Below, one piece after another: positions 37,871 through 48,640 of a stretch of DNA of 64,000 nt. A program made the position numbers and the translations under genes. The stretch covers positions 32,001 through 96,000 of the forward strand of contig JBDHUY010000003.1 of assembly GCA_039809385.1 (NCBI GenBank). The letters run 5' to 3'. Source of the DNA: Candidatus Altimarinota bacterium (lineage in GTDB: Bacteria; Patescibacteriota; Gracilibacteria; JBDHUY01). The notes beneath the pieces are model-generated. The model did no database searches. It saw only the letters and a program-made list of their open reading frames with translations, and was not told where the DNA came from. Every line of letters starts with the position of its first letter. Positions within the stretch are counted from its first letter, which is position 1.

Positions 37871-40800
37871 GTGACGAAAGGACCTGATTTTTCCGCTAAA
37901 AAACCAAAAAGACTTTTCCACCAAGCGGTTTCGACGCTGCTTATTTGTTTGTTGCTTCTTACCCAGATCGTCTATATTCCGCCTAAAGCCTTGGGTGATC
38001 CGCTCAATACCCGGACCGATTTGGTGATCATTTTAGCGGAAAAAAATCTCTTTAGCTCTTCCCTGCCTTACCCTGGTCTGAACTTCTTCGGTACGACCAC
38101 CCTGGGCGAGCGAATCGTCCGGTACGGACAAGATATCCAAGCCAAGCTGAACGATACGCGGGTGCTTATTTTCACCGTTGAGCCGACCGATACGCCCGCC
38201 CAAATCGCCCAGGTCTTGGAAAAATACTACTTTGACGGCGATACTGCGCAGAACCAGCTGTCCTCGCTTACGGGTGTCGTACTGGTGGGCAATGTACCCT
38301 TACCAAGTGTAAAAAAAGGCGATCATATCTATCCGAGTCTTTATCCGTATACCGATTTTGACCAGAAACAGTTTTTGTACAATCCCGCGACCGACCTGTT
38401 TGAAGAAACGCCTCTTTCGCTCGACCGGAAGCCCGAAATATGGCATGGTGTAATTCGTCCGCCCGCGGGAGGCGAAGAGGGAAACAAACTGCTCGCCGAA
38501 TTTTTTGATAAAAATCATGCTTTTTATCAAAAAAGTTACGGTTATAACGAATTTGACCGCAAGGTTTTTTTCGGCGATTTCCGGCAGGAAACGGCCCGTA
38601 TATCGACCGAATCTTTGCTCGGCTACCAGGCGTTTACCGAACATGCCGAAGATGTCACCTATCTGCGCTACACCAAACAGTTGCTTGCGCAGGTCTATAA
38701 AACGGTTATGGCACCGCAGCAGGCTTTTTTGCAAAACCTTACTGCCAATACCAACCTGGGTGATACGACCAAGCTCTTTGACCAAGTCCCGGATATTTTT
38801 ACCAAACAGATGATTGGCCAACTACTCAAACGTTTCTATCAGGTCGTCGGCGATTACCCGGCGGTGGTGCGTGATCTCGTAGCCGGATCGGGGCGTTGGC
38901 GCGAAAATGATACCGATACGTTTTACAAACTCATCGCTCAAAAAGACGAGGTAAGCCTGGCAATGATCAAAAAAGCCAACGACGCACTAGAAGGAGGCGT
39001 GGACGATCTGGTTTTCCAGATGCAGAAGAATATCCGTATCGTGATCGGTGCCGATTTTGCCGAAGGCGGTTTGTTTGGCGACGGGGCCTACTTTCCCAAC
39101 TATATCAACGGTTTGTCGGCCGATCAGATCCGTACCGCGCTCGATTGTACCATTTACCGCGGTAGCACCAGCGATGGTCGTATTTCAAACCAGGTTGAGG
39201 CCAATCGTGTCTATAATCCGCTGAGTGAGGCCAATCAAAATTTCAATATCAATCGCAACGGTAATGTCTGTCCCGAGTACGGCGGCTGCTGTGCCCGCAA
39301 TATCACGTTTACCGATGGCAAGCTCGTTCCCTCGCCCCAATGTCATCCTCAGGATGCGGTCTTGCCGGTACTCGATCTGGGGGGAACCCTTGCCAGAGAG
39401 GGCGATACGAGCTATCGCAGCTGTCTGGTGGAAAATTATGCCATCACCCGACAGAAAAATCTTAACGGCAAAAATTATACCGACTACGATCTGGTGGCCG
39501 GAACACAACGCTATGCCGAGATATCGAGCGTCATTGCTCACAAAGAACCGACCAACGATACCGTAAAGGCTCAGCTGGAAAGTAAGGTCGCGCGCGATCT
39601 GCCGGTCGACAATCCCCGCTATGTCGATTTTCAAAACCAGAGCGGCCAGTATCAGCGGGTGAATTATATCAACCTGTTTCGCTATACCCAAAATATTTCT
39701 CTGGAAACACCCGCACAGGCTGCCGTGGCGATCCAGGCCAAAATTACGCAAAAGGAAAAGGAACTGGGGGTAAAAGATCTCTTGTTGAAACGCTTACCTG
39801 CCGATATGGCGCTGGAGACTCTTGCCGATGCGGTTTACTGGACCCAACTATCCCCGCAGCAAAAATACGAATATGTTTTTCAGCAGTATCTTTCCACTGC
39901 CGTGGCTAGTCCGGACGGCATTTATCGGGGCATCTATCCTCAAAAAGCCAAAGGGTACGAAAGTACGTATTTGCACGTGGATGGCGATGGCACTTTTTTG
40001 GATCTTTCGTTCGTACCTCAGGATATCAACCAGAATACCGACTTCGAAGAATTAAAAACCACGATCGGACTTGAGGAAACGCGCGACAAAAGCCGACAAG
40101 CGCTCGAAAATCTTTTGGGAGCGAACGGACTGGAATTGGATCAATCCTGCGGTTCGTTCGACGGAGTCAGTATTTTTGAATGGTTTCAGGCGTTGTTGTG
40201 CTGGCTGAAAAATCTAGTTCCTCCCAAGGTAGAATTTTATACCGGAGGGAAAAGTGCGTTCGATTTTTCAAAAAACGAATCGACTCCGCCCTATTCCTTT
40301 CCGCCCCAATCAAATAACAACGCCTCCGGTTCCAGCCCTAACCGTAACAGTAACCGGAGCCAGTCTGACGGAGATATCGCTCTTACACCCGAAAAGCTCG
40401 ACATTGACCTGCCAGTCAGGATTTTTTCCGACCAGCGTCCCCAGTTGCTCACCGTATCGTTATTGGATCAAAACGGCGACTTGTATATTTCTCCCGAATC
40501 GGTAAACGCCGATATATTGCTGGTGGATCAGAAACCTGCGGACGGCACGGCTGGAGAGGTATTTTCGATTTCCTCGGAAAAAATCGACTTGCAGAGCGGC
40601 AGGGGGACGCTCCTGATCACGCCGTTTAGGCCGGGTACCGCCACCTTGTATGCTAAAGCAGGAAGCCTACTTTCAGAGAGCTTCAAGGTAACCGTTACGG
40701 ATGAAAAAATAGACGCCTCGTTTTCGTATACTGATGCTCAGGGAAATATACGCTACGGTACTACTTTTCCGGCTGGCAGTACCGTCGATCTCTCTTTACA

Positions 40801-43800
40801 AATAGTTGACGCATTTAATCGCACGATCAATCAAAGCGGTACCATCGACCTGAGCATAGAAAACGAAGCAGGCGAACCGGTTTCCCCGCGTCTCACTGAG
40901 AATCAAGTAACGCTGGTTGACGGTATAGCTACTACCAAACTTGAGGTGGGTACCAAAACGGGATCGTTCCGAGTGCGCATGCGCTCTGTCCTTGATAACG
41001 GGACAATTTTGGAAGAATTTGAGAGCATTCAGGTGATTGCCGGTAGCGCTGTCAGTTTGGATATGAAACTAGCTTCCAACACTGTATTGCGTGACGATAC
41101 CGTCCCGGTCGCGGTACTTTTTTTCGACGCGTATGGCAATCCTGCATCGCTCAATACCAAATTAGACCTGTTGGTTACCGAAAACGGCTTGCTACAAAAT
41201 GTTACCGATCTCGACCCGGCTCTGCCCGGAACGACCGTCCAGGTTGACAATGACCATGCTCTCTTTCAGGTCAAAGCCACCGGAACCGGAAAAATAAGTC
41301 TGAAGGCTTATTCTGGGCTGCTGGACAAAGACGTCGTGAGCGGGGTCAATATTGTGAATGAAAAGCCCCGACTGGTATTGAGTAGCCCTTCGTCCCAGCT
41401 TCTCATACAAGGCGATCCGGTCACGGTGACCGCCGAGCTTCAGAATGCCCAAGGCGAGGTTATCGATATGAATAAGACGCTTACTCTGAAAACCGACCCC
41501 GATATCGTTACATTTTCTCCTTCCTCCCTCCAGTTCCAAAACGGGAAGGCCAGGTTTGATGTACAAGCCCAAACCCGCGCCGGCACTGCTACTGTTAGCT
41601 CTTCTGAATTTACCGGCGATCCTCTTGTTCTCAATGTTACGGGTCAAACGGCCACGAAACTGCGGATAGTGCCCGAAAAATCGGTGGTAAAAGCCGGTGC
41701 GCAGCCAACGTTGGGTATCCTTGTAGAAGCGCTTGACCAATACGATAACCGGGATACTTCGTTTACAGGATCGGTGAAACTCAACCTTACTGCAAGCGCC
41801 CAGCGAGTCGGTCGTCTACCGGTTACCGAATTGACGGCTAAAGAGGGAGTAGCTACTTTTCAATTGGAGCTGACTTCCCAGGCCGGAGTGTTACAATTTT
41901 CGGCTCTTGCCGAAGGTTTGCGCAGTGCCGTTGCCGAAATCCCTGTTCGTCGCGAACTCGGAAGTGACGAACTGCGGGGTATACCTTTCAACGCACTCTA
42001 TACTACCGTTCTGGGCAGTCCGGTCGGACAGGTGACGCAACCGGATTATCTGGGCGGCTGGTTGCTCTTCAATACCGGGAAAACCCAGGCGGTCACTACT
42101 CTGATCGCCCCTCCTGAACAGAATCGTATTTATGCAACATTGAATACCGGAGGAGTTCATATTGTGAACGAAGAACCCGACGTAGGGTTTTCAACTGCCG
42201 TGTTTCCTCGTCCTAATCTTCCGTTACGTTTGGAAATACAGGATAAAAACACCCAAAAAAAAGTTATCACCGCATTTGTCGAAGTACCCAAAAAATTACC
42301 TAAGCAGCTGGTTTCTGACTTCACCGAAAGCCTGCCGTCAGGAATATATCTAACCGATACGAACCTGGACGATACCGTAACCGTCAGGAGCGAAGGCGAC
42401 CGCATGACCGTATATCAGGATAATCAGCCCAGGGCCCGTTTATTGTCCGATAATACATTAGAGATTCTTTCGCCAATGACGATTCAGGTTGATGAAGCCG
42501 AGACTCGCTTCATGTCCTTCAATCTTCTGATAGGAGCCGAGGTTGTCGCACGTCTCCAGTACCGTTTGAGCGATGTGGGAGTTGTACCACTGGATAAAGC
42601 GACAAATATCGAAAATATTCCAGCCAAGGGGCCGGGTATCTATATCACTACTGAAAACCTCAACGATACATTTGAGCTAACACGTCTGAGGGGTGGATTT
42701 GCGCTTACGATGCCAGGTCAAACCGACCGTATCGACGAGTCGTTTCAGTCGCTGGAGGATGCTGATACGACCGAAGGAATCGGCTGGCAAGGCGATTTTA
42801 AAAACCAACTGCTCTTTGCCTCTGGCAATACTGTCGGCAACGCCACCAAACTGTTTGCCTCCAGCGTACTCGTCAATCTGGGCGATCCCGTCGTTTCTTT
42901 GGAACGAGATAATCAAACCGGTTTGAGCGGCTTTTCCCAGGATGTCGGTCAGGTCGTGGCGTCGTATCAGTCGGAGCCCATTTTGAAGTTACTATCTCTG
43001 GATTACAACCGCGATCAGCTGCCGGATCTTTTGGTCGTACTGGCTAATGGACGTATCGATCTGTTTCAAAACGAGAATGAAGGGCGTAATTTTGTCTCGC
43101 AGGGAACACTCCTCAAGATTCCCGACGGGATTCAAAGTATCGAAGCTGCCGATATCAATAGTGACGGGTGGTCGGACCTGATTGTTTCTACCGGAAAGGG
43201 CGTAAAAGTTTACGAAAATAAAGCGGGTACTTTTGTACCAAACGAGCTCAAACTGGATCTGAGAGGTGTGGTACATGATCTCAACGTGGCTGATATGGAT
43301 AGGGATGGCAAAGTGGATCTGGTCGTTGCCGACACTTCCGGCGATATAAAGATCTTTTACGGTACCGGAACAGGCTTTTCCGACCAGCCGTATCTGGTCG
43401 ACAGTCTGGTCCTTACCGTTACCGATCAAAACCTGCACGCCGAACCGGTCGTCTATTTTCCGGATGTTCCTGGTAAAACCACTGCCGACGATTCCCGGTT
43501 TGTCTCGATCAACGTGCCCGATCCCCGTATGTCCCGGAATGGCAATGCAAATGCTGCTGCACAGGAACCGGACGGACGCTCTCTTTCGCTCGATTTTCTA
43601 AAACTAGATCAGGTTCCCGGTCTCGAAAGCAAAAAAACGATCCGCGATCTCAATGCCGGTTCCTTACAACCCGACGACGATGTCGAGTATCGCATTGAGT
43701 TGAGAAATAACGGAACGGCTTTGAGCGGCCTCTATCTGGCCGATCTCCTTCCCGGATTTATGACGCTGCAGCAGGATTCGCTTGCTTGCGATAACTGCGG

Positions 43801-46800
43801 AGAATCTTGGGGTATCCTGCCTTCCTCTCACCCCGATTATCCGATTCTATTCTCGGGTATAACGCTTGCAACCGGGAATACAGCGGTAATCTCCTACCGC
43901 GCCAGGGCGAGAAAATTACCGGCGGTATTTCTCGAAACAGGCGATTTCGAAGAAGGGGCCGACGCCTATCTGGATATCTATGCCCGCGATACGGACGGTA
44001 CCTCGGGGGATAGTTCCAATCTGCTGCTTTATAAATCGATTGCCGCGCGGGAGTACCGCAAAGAGCAAGTCAGTGGAACTATTACTCCCCCTGACAATTT
44101 GCCTGATACTCTTATTGATAGCGATAAAAACGGCATACCGGATGCCTTCGAAAAGGATGAAAACGGCGACGGAATCCCCGATGTAGCTCAGCAGGAGCTG
44201 GACCGTTTCACCCGCGATCGCGACGGCGACGGCATTCCCAACGGCTTCGATGACCGGGATGACAGCGGTACCTCGATTGACGATATCAGTAATACAATTC
44301 GTTCTGCGATTGACGATGCAAGCAATCTGCTTTGCCACGGCGGTGGAGGAGGCGGTTGTATCGGTCTGCCTCTGAACAAAGCATTTCTAGCGCCGGGATT
44401 GAATACAATCCCGGCGCCACCGATCCCCGCTACGTATCCTGGTCCGTTGGACCCGGGCTACCCTGTTTTTGGACTTGTACATGGAATTCCCTTCATATGT
44501 CACGGTCCGGTCGGCTGCCAATTATCTTATTTTCGTTTTTACGTTGCTCCGACCTTAACCGGAGGGGTGGGGATTTCTGTCTGTCTTGGCGAGTATTATT
44601 ATGGGTTGTCTTCTCCTCCGATTCCTTTGCTGGGGAATTGTTTTGTCTATGCAGTTCCGGTTTTGGACAAAGTTGCGGGCGGTATTTGCGAAAAAATAAA
44701 CCTGGGCATCAATCAGATCCTTACCCGCGCGCGCGCTTTTACTCATCTTGGAAACGGCAATTCGTTGTTTCAGGTCGGCTATAGTTTCCAGCGCGGTTCT
44801 CGCCCGGCTTCGTCCCAACTCACTTTTGACAACGGTACTTTCGATATCGATGCCACTCAGTTTAAAAATGCCCGTATTCCCGATTTTCCCGACTTCATCA
44901 TGGATTGGGTGCACCGCCAGATCGAGGAGATCGAACATTCTTTGCTGGATCTGCCCGATATATATTTGATTCTTCCCGATTTCAGCGGCACGTTTGGTGA
45001 TCTGCCCGAGGCCGATAAACGTACCAAAACCAAGCTAAAACTTCCATATAAAAAGAAGGAAGTGGAAGTCAAATATATCGGCGACGTGATCGATTATCTT
45101 AACACGCTCCCTTTTGTAAATCTTCGGATCGAACAGGTTCCGATCCGCTTCCCATACATCAGTTCGGAACGGATCGACCAGTTGCAAGAATATTACGATC
45201 AATGGATCGACCAGGCCGAAGACGAGCTCAAATCCTACGGCGACGACCTTGACGAAAATACCAAGATCCGAGTTCGGGCTGGCAGAGCATTAATCAATCG
45301 CGTGCGTCAGAATATTCGCACGCTCCAGTCGTATGCCGACTTTCCTCAAGAAATAGAACGCTTTACCAAATGGAAGTCCCGTCTGATCGGGCAGGTTGTT
45401 CAGTATCTGGATCGTATTGCCGACGCGCTTGGCAATTATTACTTGCGTAACAAAGCCCGCCTGATCAAATGGCAGGAACTTTATCGCCTGATCCGTGAAA
45501 TTCTGAAAGGCTGGCAATTGATTCCGGATATTTTCCAGGGATATCAGAATTTGTGCAGTACGTGTCGTAATGATCGATTTAATTCAATGTACTGGAAGTT
45601 GCAGCTTCTGAAACCGTTGATTCCGGAACTGCCCATTATCCCGTTTCCGAAATGGCCCGATGTGGTCGTGGACGTCTCCAATATCAATGCGGTTATCGAT
45701 ATCGCGATTCCCAGTCCAAAATTCGTGCCCCAGGAAATCGTTCTTCCCCGCCTCCCGGTCTTTAATCTGCCCGAACTCAATGCCAATGTGGATGCGATCA
45801 TTCCGGCCTTACCGCCCTTGCCGCGCATCCCGGAGTTATTTCCGGCTCTCCCGCCCTTGCCGATTCCCAAATTGCCGGATCTCCCGCCGCCGCCTAAAAT
45901 TCCGCAGATCCTGGGAGCTTTTACCACCGTGTTAAAAGTTTTACGGCTTGGTCTTTACGTTTTCTGTATTTATAAAAAAGGGTTCACGCTGATCCCCGAA
46001 TGGGATGTCAAAGGGACAGTAGAACATCTGACCGAGCGCAGCGGGTGGTTGCCGATCGACTTTTTGAGTCTCTCGTTCCCGACGCCCCGTATCCCTTCCA
46101 TCGAGCAGATCCGGGTCGATGCCTTTGTCAATTTCCGTTTCAACGTCAACGCGCTTACGACGCTGGTGCGCAACGTGGCCAGTTCCTTAAATTCCTTCCA
46201 AACAGACCTTACCAGCATTCCAAGTCTGCCCTCCCGCTTTGTGCCTACGATTCCTTCCGTCCCGAGTGTCAACGAACAGATTGATCTACAAGGTTTCAGC
46301 GCCTTTTCCAAAGCACTTTCCGACTTGTCGACGTTGCTCCGCGACCACCGGGATACAATGCTCTCCGTGGACGAAATGCAGGCCTACCTGGCCCAACACG
46401 CCGATCCCGCTTTTTCCAAGGCATCCGATGCTCTTGCTGCCCATGGCTTTACAAAAGATATTGCAGAAGTTCCTTCTTCTAGTACCTATATCGCTTTAAA
46501 ACGGTCCTTGGAAAATCTCAGGACCGAAAATGAACGCGATGTACAACTGATCGGTGCGGCGATCGAGCAGAAGAAAGACTTGTTTGCCGTCCGGGATCTC
46601 TCGCATTTATTTGTCCGATCCGGTATTGTCGTCGCCGGCGAAACTTCGGGTGCTCCTCTGACACGCCAAAGTCAGGTTCTCCACGGAGCCTACGATACTT
46701 CGATGCTTGACAGTTCTGCTGTTTCGTCGTCTTTCGCTCCGGCTACTCCCACCCGCTATCTGGCTCAAGCCGATACAGGCAGCAGATCCGGACGCGGTGT

Positions 46801-48634
46801 TTCTCTGTCGGCTTCCGCTGACGATGCCCAAGCGGTTTCTCCTGACTTGCTGGGTCTCTATTTGTTTGACGAGCAGACCGGACAGTATGAGCCTTTAATT
46901 GCCTATCAAGCCGAAAGCAATGGTACTGTGCATCTGGCCGAAGGCGATGTGGACGCGGACGGCGACAGCGATATTTTTTATGCGCTGAATAACACTGTCT
47001 TTTTAAAAAATAGCCAGAAGATCAAAAATGTTCGCGAAAATCATATTTTTGATACCCCTGCCGTGGCGGCTTTGCATGATGTAATCATACGGGCAGAAAG
47101 CGTCAACTATTTGACAGTGCAAGAAGCGGACAATACTGCCTCTCTGTCGTGGCTGGGGGCGCTAAAAGCCGACAAACTGATCGGGTATAAGCTGGTGCTC
47201 TATCGCCAGATTTATGGCTTTGATCGCGATACCGTCACGAACAGTTTCGGTCCCGATCGTATCTATTATGTTACGTCTTCTTTCTCTGAATCCGAGGTTC
47301 AGAAGCTGGCGGGGGCCGAAACGGCCAAAACGGATGTAGTATTATTAGACGACCTGACTGTTCCTGCCACGGTTTTGCCGTTGCCCAATGGCACGTATTA
47401 CGGCAAGCTCTATCCGTTGGCGATAGAAGGTGCACTGGGAACGGGGATGGCGATTAATTTGATTCAGCCGCAGCGTAGCAGCAATAATACCCCGCCGCGG
47501 GCGCTGGTGTCGGGAGGGAATGTGCACGAAGTTCCCGTGCTCCAGACATTGACCCTTGATGCTAGCGTATCGCGCTCCGATGGAAGCCGGATTGTTTCGT
47601 ATTTCTGGGATCTTGACCCGGACACCGATAGTGACGGCGACGGTATCACTACAAATGACCCCGATCGCTTCGAAACGTTTTCCGGTATCCGAAACGAGGA
47701 TCGTAAGAATGACGATAACAACGACAATGATACGAACGATATAAACTATAATGCGACGGAAATTTCTTCTGCTGATACTTCGATGAATAATCCGCGTATC
47801 GTTTTGGGGCCGTTTACCGAGCCCGGCGAGCAGCGTGTTTTCCTGAATGTGCAGGACGAGAGCGGGGTAACGGCTTCGCAAGAGATCGTGATCCGGGTCT
47901 TTGTGCCGGATATTTCGGTTGATAGTGCCTCCAAACGTGACCGTACGATCACCGGGCAAACCGACAAAGCCGTTGCGCAAGAGCCGGTTGGTATCGTACG
48001 AGTCAGAGGTGACAATGTTTCCCCCCTCAAAACTCCTTCGTCCGATCGTAACGGTCAATATAAAACAAATGGCGACGGAAGTTACAAGGTCGAAGATTTC
48101 CAGACTGAACCGGGTATTTCTGTGAAGGATCTTCGAGGAAATGAAATTGCGGTGATCGGCGAAACTACCGGGAATATCCGCCTCAAAGATTCTACCTATC
48201 GTATCAGGGTCGAACCTTCTCTGGGGGAAGAACCGCTCCGTCTTATCTTAGAAAAAGGCAATGAGGTCTTGGCCACTCTGGAAATACGGACCGATCCTAA
48301 CCGGGATGTGCGCATATTGAATACAGCCAGTGCTCAGAACGATGCAGTAGGACTTTTCGATTCTTTGCCAAACGATTCTTTCAGTGTTTCTCCTATTCCC
48401 AACACGGCTCCGTCGTTTGCCGGGGGCGGCGCGGTATATGATCGGGTTTCCCGCAGTCTGGTCGCCATGGTCGCGCCCGACGGACGTATTCGGGTCTTTG
48501 GAGACGGTGTACTTTTACGTTTTGCTCCGACCAATGATGAGAAAAGTCCGCTCTCCGTGGATATCGTCTCGGGGGATACGGCGGTGGCTCGCGTCTTTTA
48601 TCCGGCACTGAAAGATGCTATAATCGTACGATAA
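37871..48634 (+). CDS. Giant 3587-aa secreted surface protein (Ig-like, FG-GAP/VCBS, DUF11-like, DxDxDG Ca-binding, PKD-like regions)
   Basis: Signal/TM; GVVLVGNVPLP; DAYGN/DQYDN Ig repeats; DINSDGWSDL, DMDRDGKVDL; VEYRIELRNNG; DSDKNGIPD; TLDASVS...YFWD. Confidence 0.9.
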   Translation: MTKGPDFSAKKPKRLFHQAVSTLLICLLLLTQIVYIPPKALGDPLNTRTDLVIILAEKNLFSSSLPYPGLNFFGTTTLGERIVRYGQDIQAKLNDTRVLIFTVEPTDTPAQIAQVLEKYYFDGDTAQNQLSSLTGVVLVGNVPLPSVKKGDHIYPSLYPYTDFDQKQFLYNPATDLFEETPLSLDRKPEIWHGVIRPPAGGEEGNKLLAEFFDKNHAFYQKSYGYNEFDRKVFFGDFRQETARISTESLLGYQAFTEHAEDVTYLRYTKQLLAQVYKTVMAPQQAFLQNLTANTNLGDTTKLFDQVPDIFTKQMIGQLLKRFYQVVGDYPAVVRDLVAGSGRWRENDTDTFYKLIAQKDEVSLAMIKKANDALEGGVDDLVFQMQKNIRIVIGADFAEGGLFGDGAYFPNYINGLSADQIRTALDCTIYRGSTSDGRISNQVEANRVYNPLSEANQNFNINRNGNVCPEYGGCCARNITFTDGKLVPSPQCHPQDAVLPVLDLGGTLAREGDTSYRSCLVENYAITRQKNLNGKNYTDYDLVAGTQRYAEISSVIAHKEPTNDTVKAQLESKVARDLPVDNPRYVDFQNQSGQYQRVNYINLFRYTQNISLETPAQAAVAIQAKITQKEKELGVKDLLLKRLPADMALETLADAVYWTQLSPQQKYEYVFQQYLSTAVASPDGIYRGIYPQKAKGYESTYLHVDGDGTFLDLSFVPQDINQNTDFEELKTTIGLEETRDKSRQALENLLGANGLELDQSCGSFDGVSIFEWFQALLCWLKNLVPPKVEFYTGGKSAFDFSKNESTPPYSFPPQSNNNASGSSPNRNSNRSQSDGDIALTPEKLDIDLPVRIFSDQRPQLLTVSLLDQNGDLYISPESVNADILLVDQKPADGTAGEVFSISSEKIDLQSGRGTLLITPFRPGTATLYAKAGSLLSESFKVTVTDEKIDASFSYTDAQGNIRYGTTFPAGSTVDLSLQIVDAFNRTINQSGTIDLSIENEAGEPVSPRLTENQVTLVDGIATTKLEVGTKTGSFRVRMRSVLDNGTILEEFESIQVIAGSAVSLDMKLASNTVLRDDTVPVAVLFFDAYGNPASLNTKLDLLVTENGLLQNVTDLDPALPGTTVQVDNDHALFQVKATGTGKISLKAYSGLLDKDVVSGVNIVNEKPRLVLSSPSSQLLIQGDPVTVTAELQNAQGEVIDMNKTLTLKTDPDIVTFSPSSLQFQNGKARFDVQAQTRAGTATVSSSEFTGDPLVLNVTGQTATKLRIVPEKSVVKAGAQPTLGILVEALDQYDNRDTSFTGSVKLNLTASAQRVGRLPVTELTAKEGVATFQLELTSQAGVLQFSALAEGLRSAVAEIPVRRELGSDELRGIPFNALYTTVLGSPVGQVTQPDYLGGWLLFNTGKTQAVTTLIAPPEQNRIYATLNTGGVHIVNEEPDVGFSTAVFPRPNLPLRLEIQDKNTQKKVITAFVEVPKKLPKQLVSDFTESLPSGIYLTDTNLDDTVTVRSEGDRMTVYQDNQPRARLLSDNTLEILSPMTIQVDEAETRFMSFNLLIGAEVVARLQYRLSDVGVVPLDKATNIENIPAKGPGIYITTENLNDTFELTRLRGGFALTMPGQTDRIDESFQSLEDADTTEGIGWQGDFKNQLLFASGNTVGNATKLFASSVLVNLGDPVVSLERDNQTGLSGFSQDVGQVVASYQSEPILKLLSLDYNRDQLPDLLVVLANGRIDLFQNENEGRNFVSQGTLLKIPDGIQSIEAADINSDGWSDLIVSTGKGVKVYENKAGTFVPNELKLDLRGVVHDLNVADMDRDGKVDLVVADTSGDIKIFYGTGTGFSDQPYLVDSLVLTVTDQNLHAEPVVYFPDVPGKTTADDSRFVSINVPDPRMSRNGNANAAAQEPDGRSLSLDFLKLDQVPGLESKKTIRDLNAGSLQPDDDVEYRIELRNNGTALSGLYLADLLPGFMTLQQDSLACDNCGESWGILPSSHPDYPILFSGITLATGNTAVISYRARARKLPAVFLETGDFEEGADAYLDIYARDTDGTSGDSSNLLLYKSIAAREYRKEQVSGTITPPDNLPDTLIDSDKNGIPDAFEKDENGDGIPDVAQQELDRFTRDRDGDGIPNGFDDRDDSGTSIDDISNTIRSAIDDASNLLCHGGGGGGCIGLPLNKAFLAPGLNTIPAPPIPATYPGPLDPGYPVFGLVHGIPFICHGPVGCQLSYFRFYVAPTLTGGVGISVCLGEYYYGLSSPPIPLLGNCFVYAVPVLDKVAGGICEKINLGINQILTRARAFTHLGNGNSLFQVGYSFQRGSRPASSQLTFDNGTFDIDATQFKNARIPDFPDFIMDWVHRQIEEIEHSLLDLPDIYLILPDFSGTFGDLPEADKRTKTKLKLPYKKKEVEVKYIGDVIDYLNTLPFVNLRIEQVPIRFPYISSERIDQLQEYYDQWIDQAEDELKSYGDDLDENTKIRVRAGRALINRVRQNIRTLQSYADFPQEIERFTKWKSRLIGQVVQYLDRIADALGNYYLRNKARLIKWQELYRLIREILKGWQLIPDIFQGYQNLCSTCRNDRFNSMYWKLQLLKPLIPELPIIPFPKWPDVVVDVSNINAVIDIAIPSPKFVPQEIVLPRLPVFNLPELNANVDAIIPALPPLPRIPELFPALPPLPIPKLPDLPPPPKIPQILGAFTTVLKVLRLGLYVFCIYKKGFTLIPEWDVKGTVEHLTERSGWLPIDFLSLSFPTPRIPSIEQIRVDAFVNFRFNVNALTTLVRNVASSLNSFQTDLTSIPSLPSRFVPTIPSVPSVNEQIDLQGFSAFSKALSDLSTLLRDHRDTMLSVDEMQAYLAQHADPAFSKASDALAAHGFTKDIAEVPSSSTYIALKRSLENLRTENERDVQLIGAAIEQKKDLFAVRDLSHLFVRSGIVVAGETSGAPLTRQSQVLHGAYDTSMLDSSAVSSSFAPATPTRYLAQADTGSRSGRGVSLSASADDAQAVSPDLLGLYLFDEQTGQYEPLIAYQAESNGTVHLAEGDVDADGDSDIFYALNNTVFLKNSQKIKNVRENHIFDTPAVAALHDVIIRAESVNYLTVQEADNTASLSWLGALKADKLIGYKLVLYRQIYGFDRDTVTNSFGPDRIYYVTSSFSESEVQKLAGAETAKTDVVLLDDLTVPATVLPLPNGTYYGKLYPLAIEGALGTGMAINLIQPQRSSNNTPPRALVSGGNVHEVPVLQTLTLDASVSRSDGSRIVSYFWDLDPDTDSDGDGITTNDPDRFETFSGIRNEDRKNDDNNDNDTNDINYNATEISSADTSMNNPRIVLGPFTEPGEQRVFLNVQDESGVTASQEIVIRVFVPDISVDSASKRDRTITGQTDKAVAQEPVGIVRVRGDNVSPLKTPSSDRNGQYKTNGDGSYKVEDFQTEPGISVKDLRGNEIAVIGETTGNIRLKDSTYRIRVEPSLGEEPLRLILEKGNEVLATLEIRTDPNRDVRILNTASAQNDAVGLFDSLPNDSFSVSPIPNTAPSFAGGGAVYDRVSRSLVAMVAPDGRIRVFGDGVLLRFAPTNDEKSPLSVDIVSGDTAVARVFYPALKDAIIVR

Positions 48635-48640
48635 TATCAA

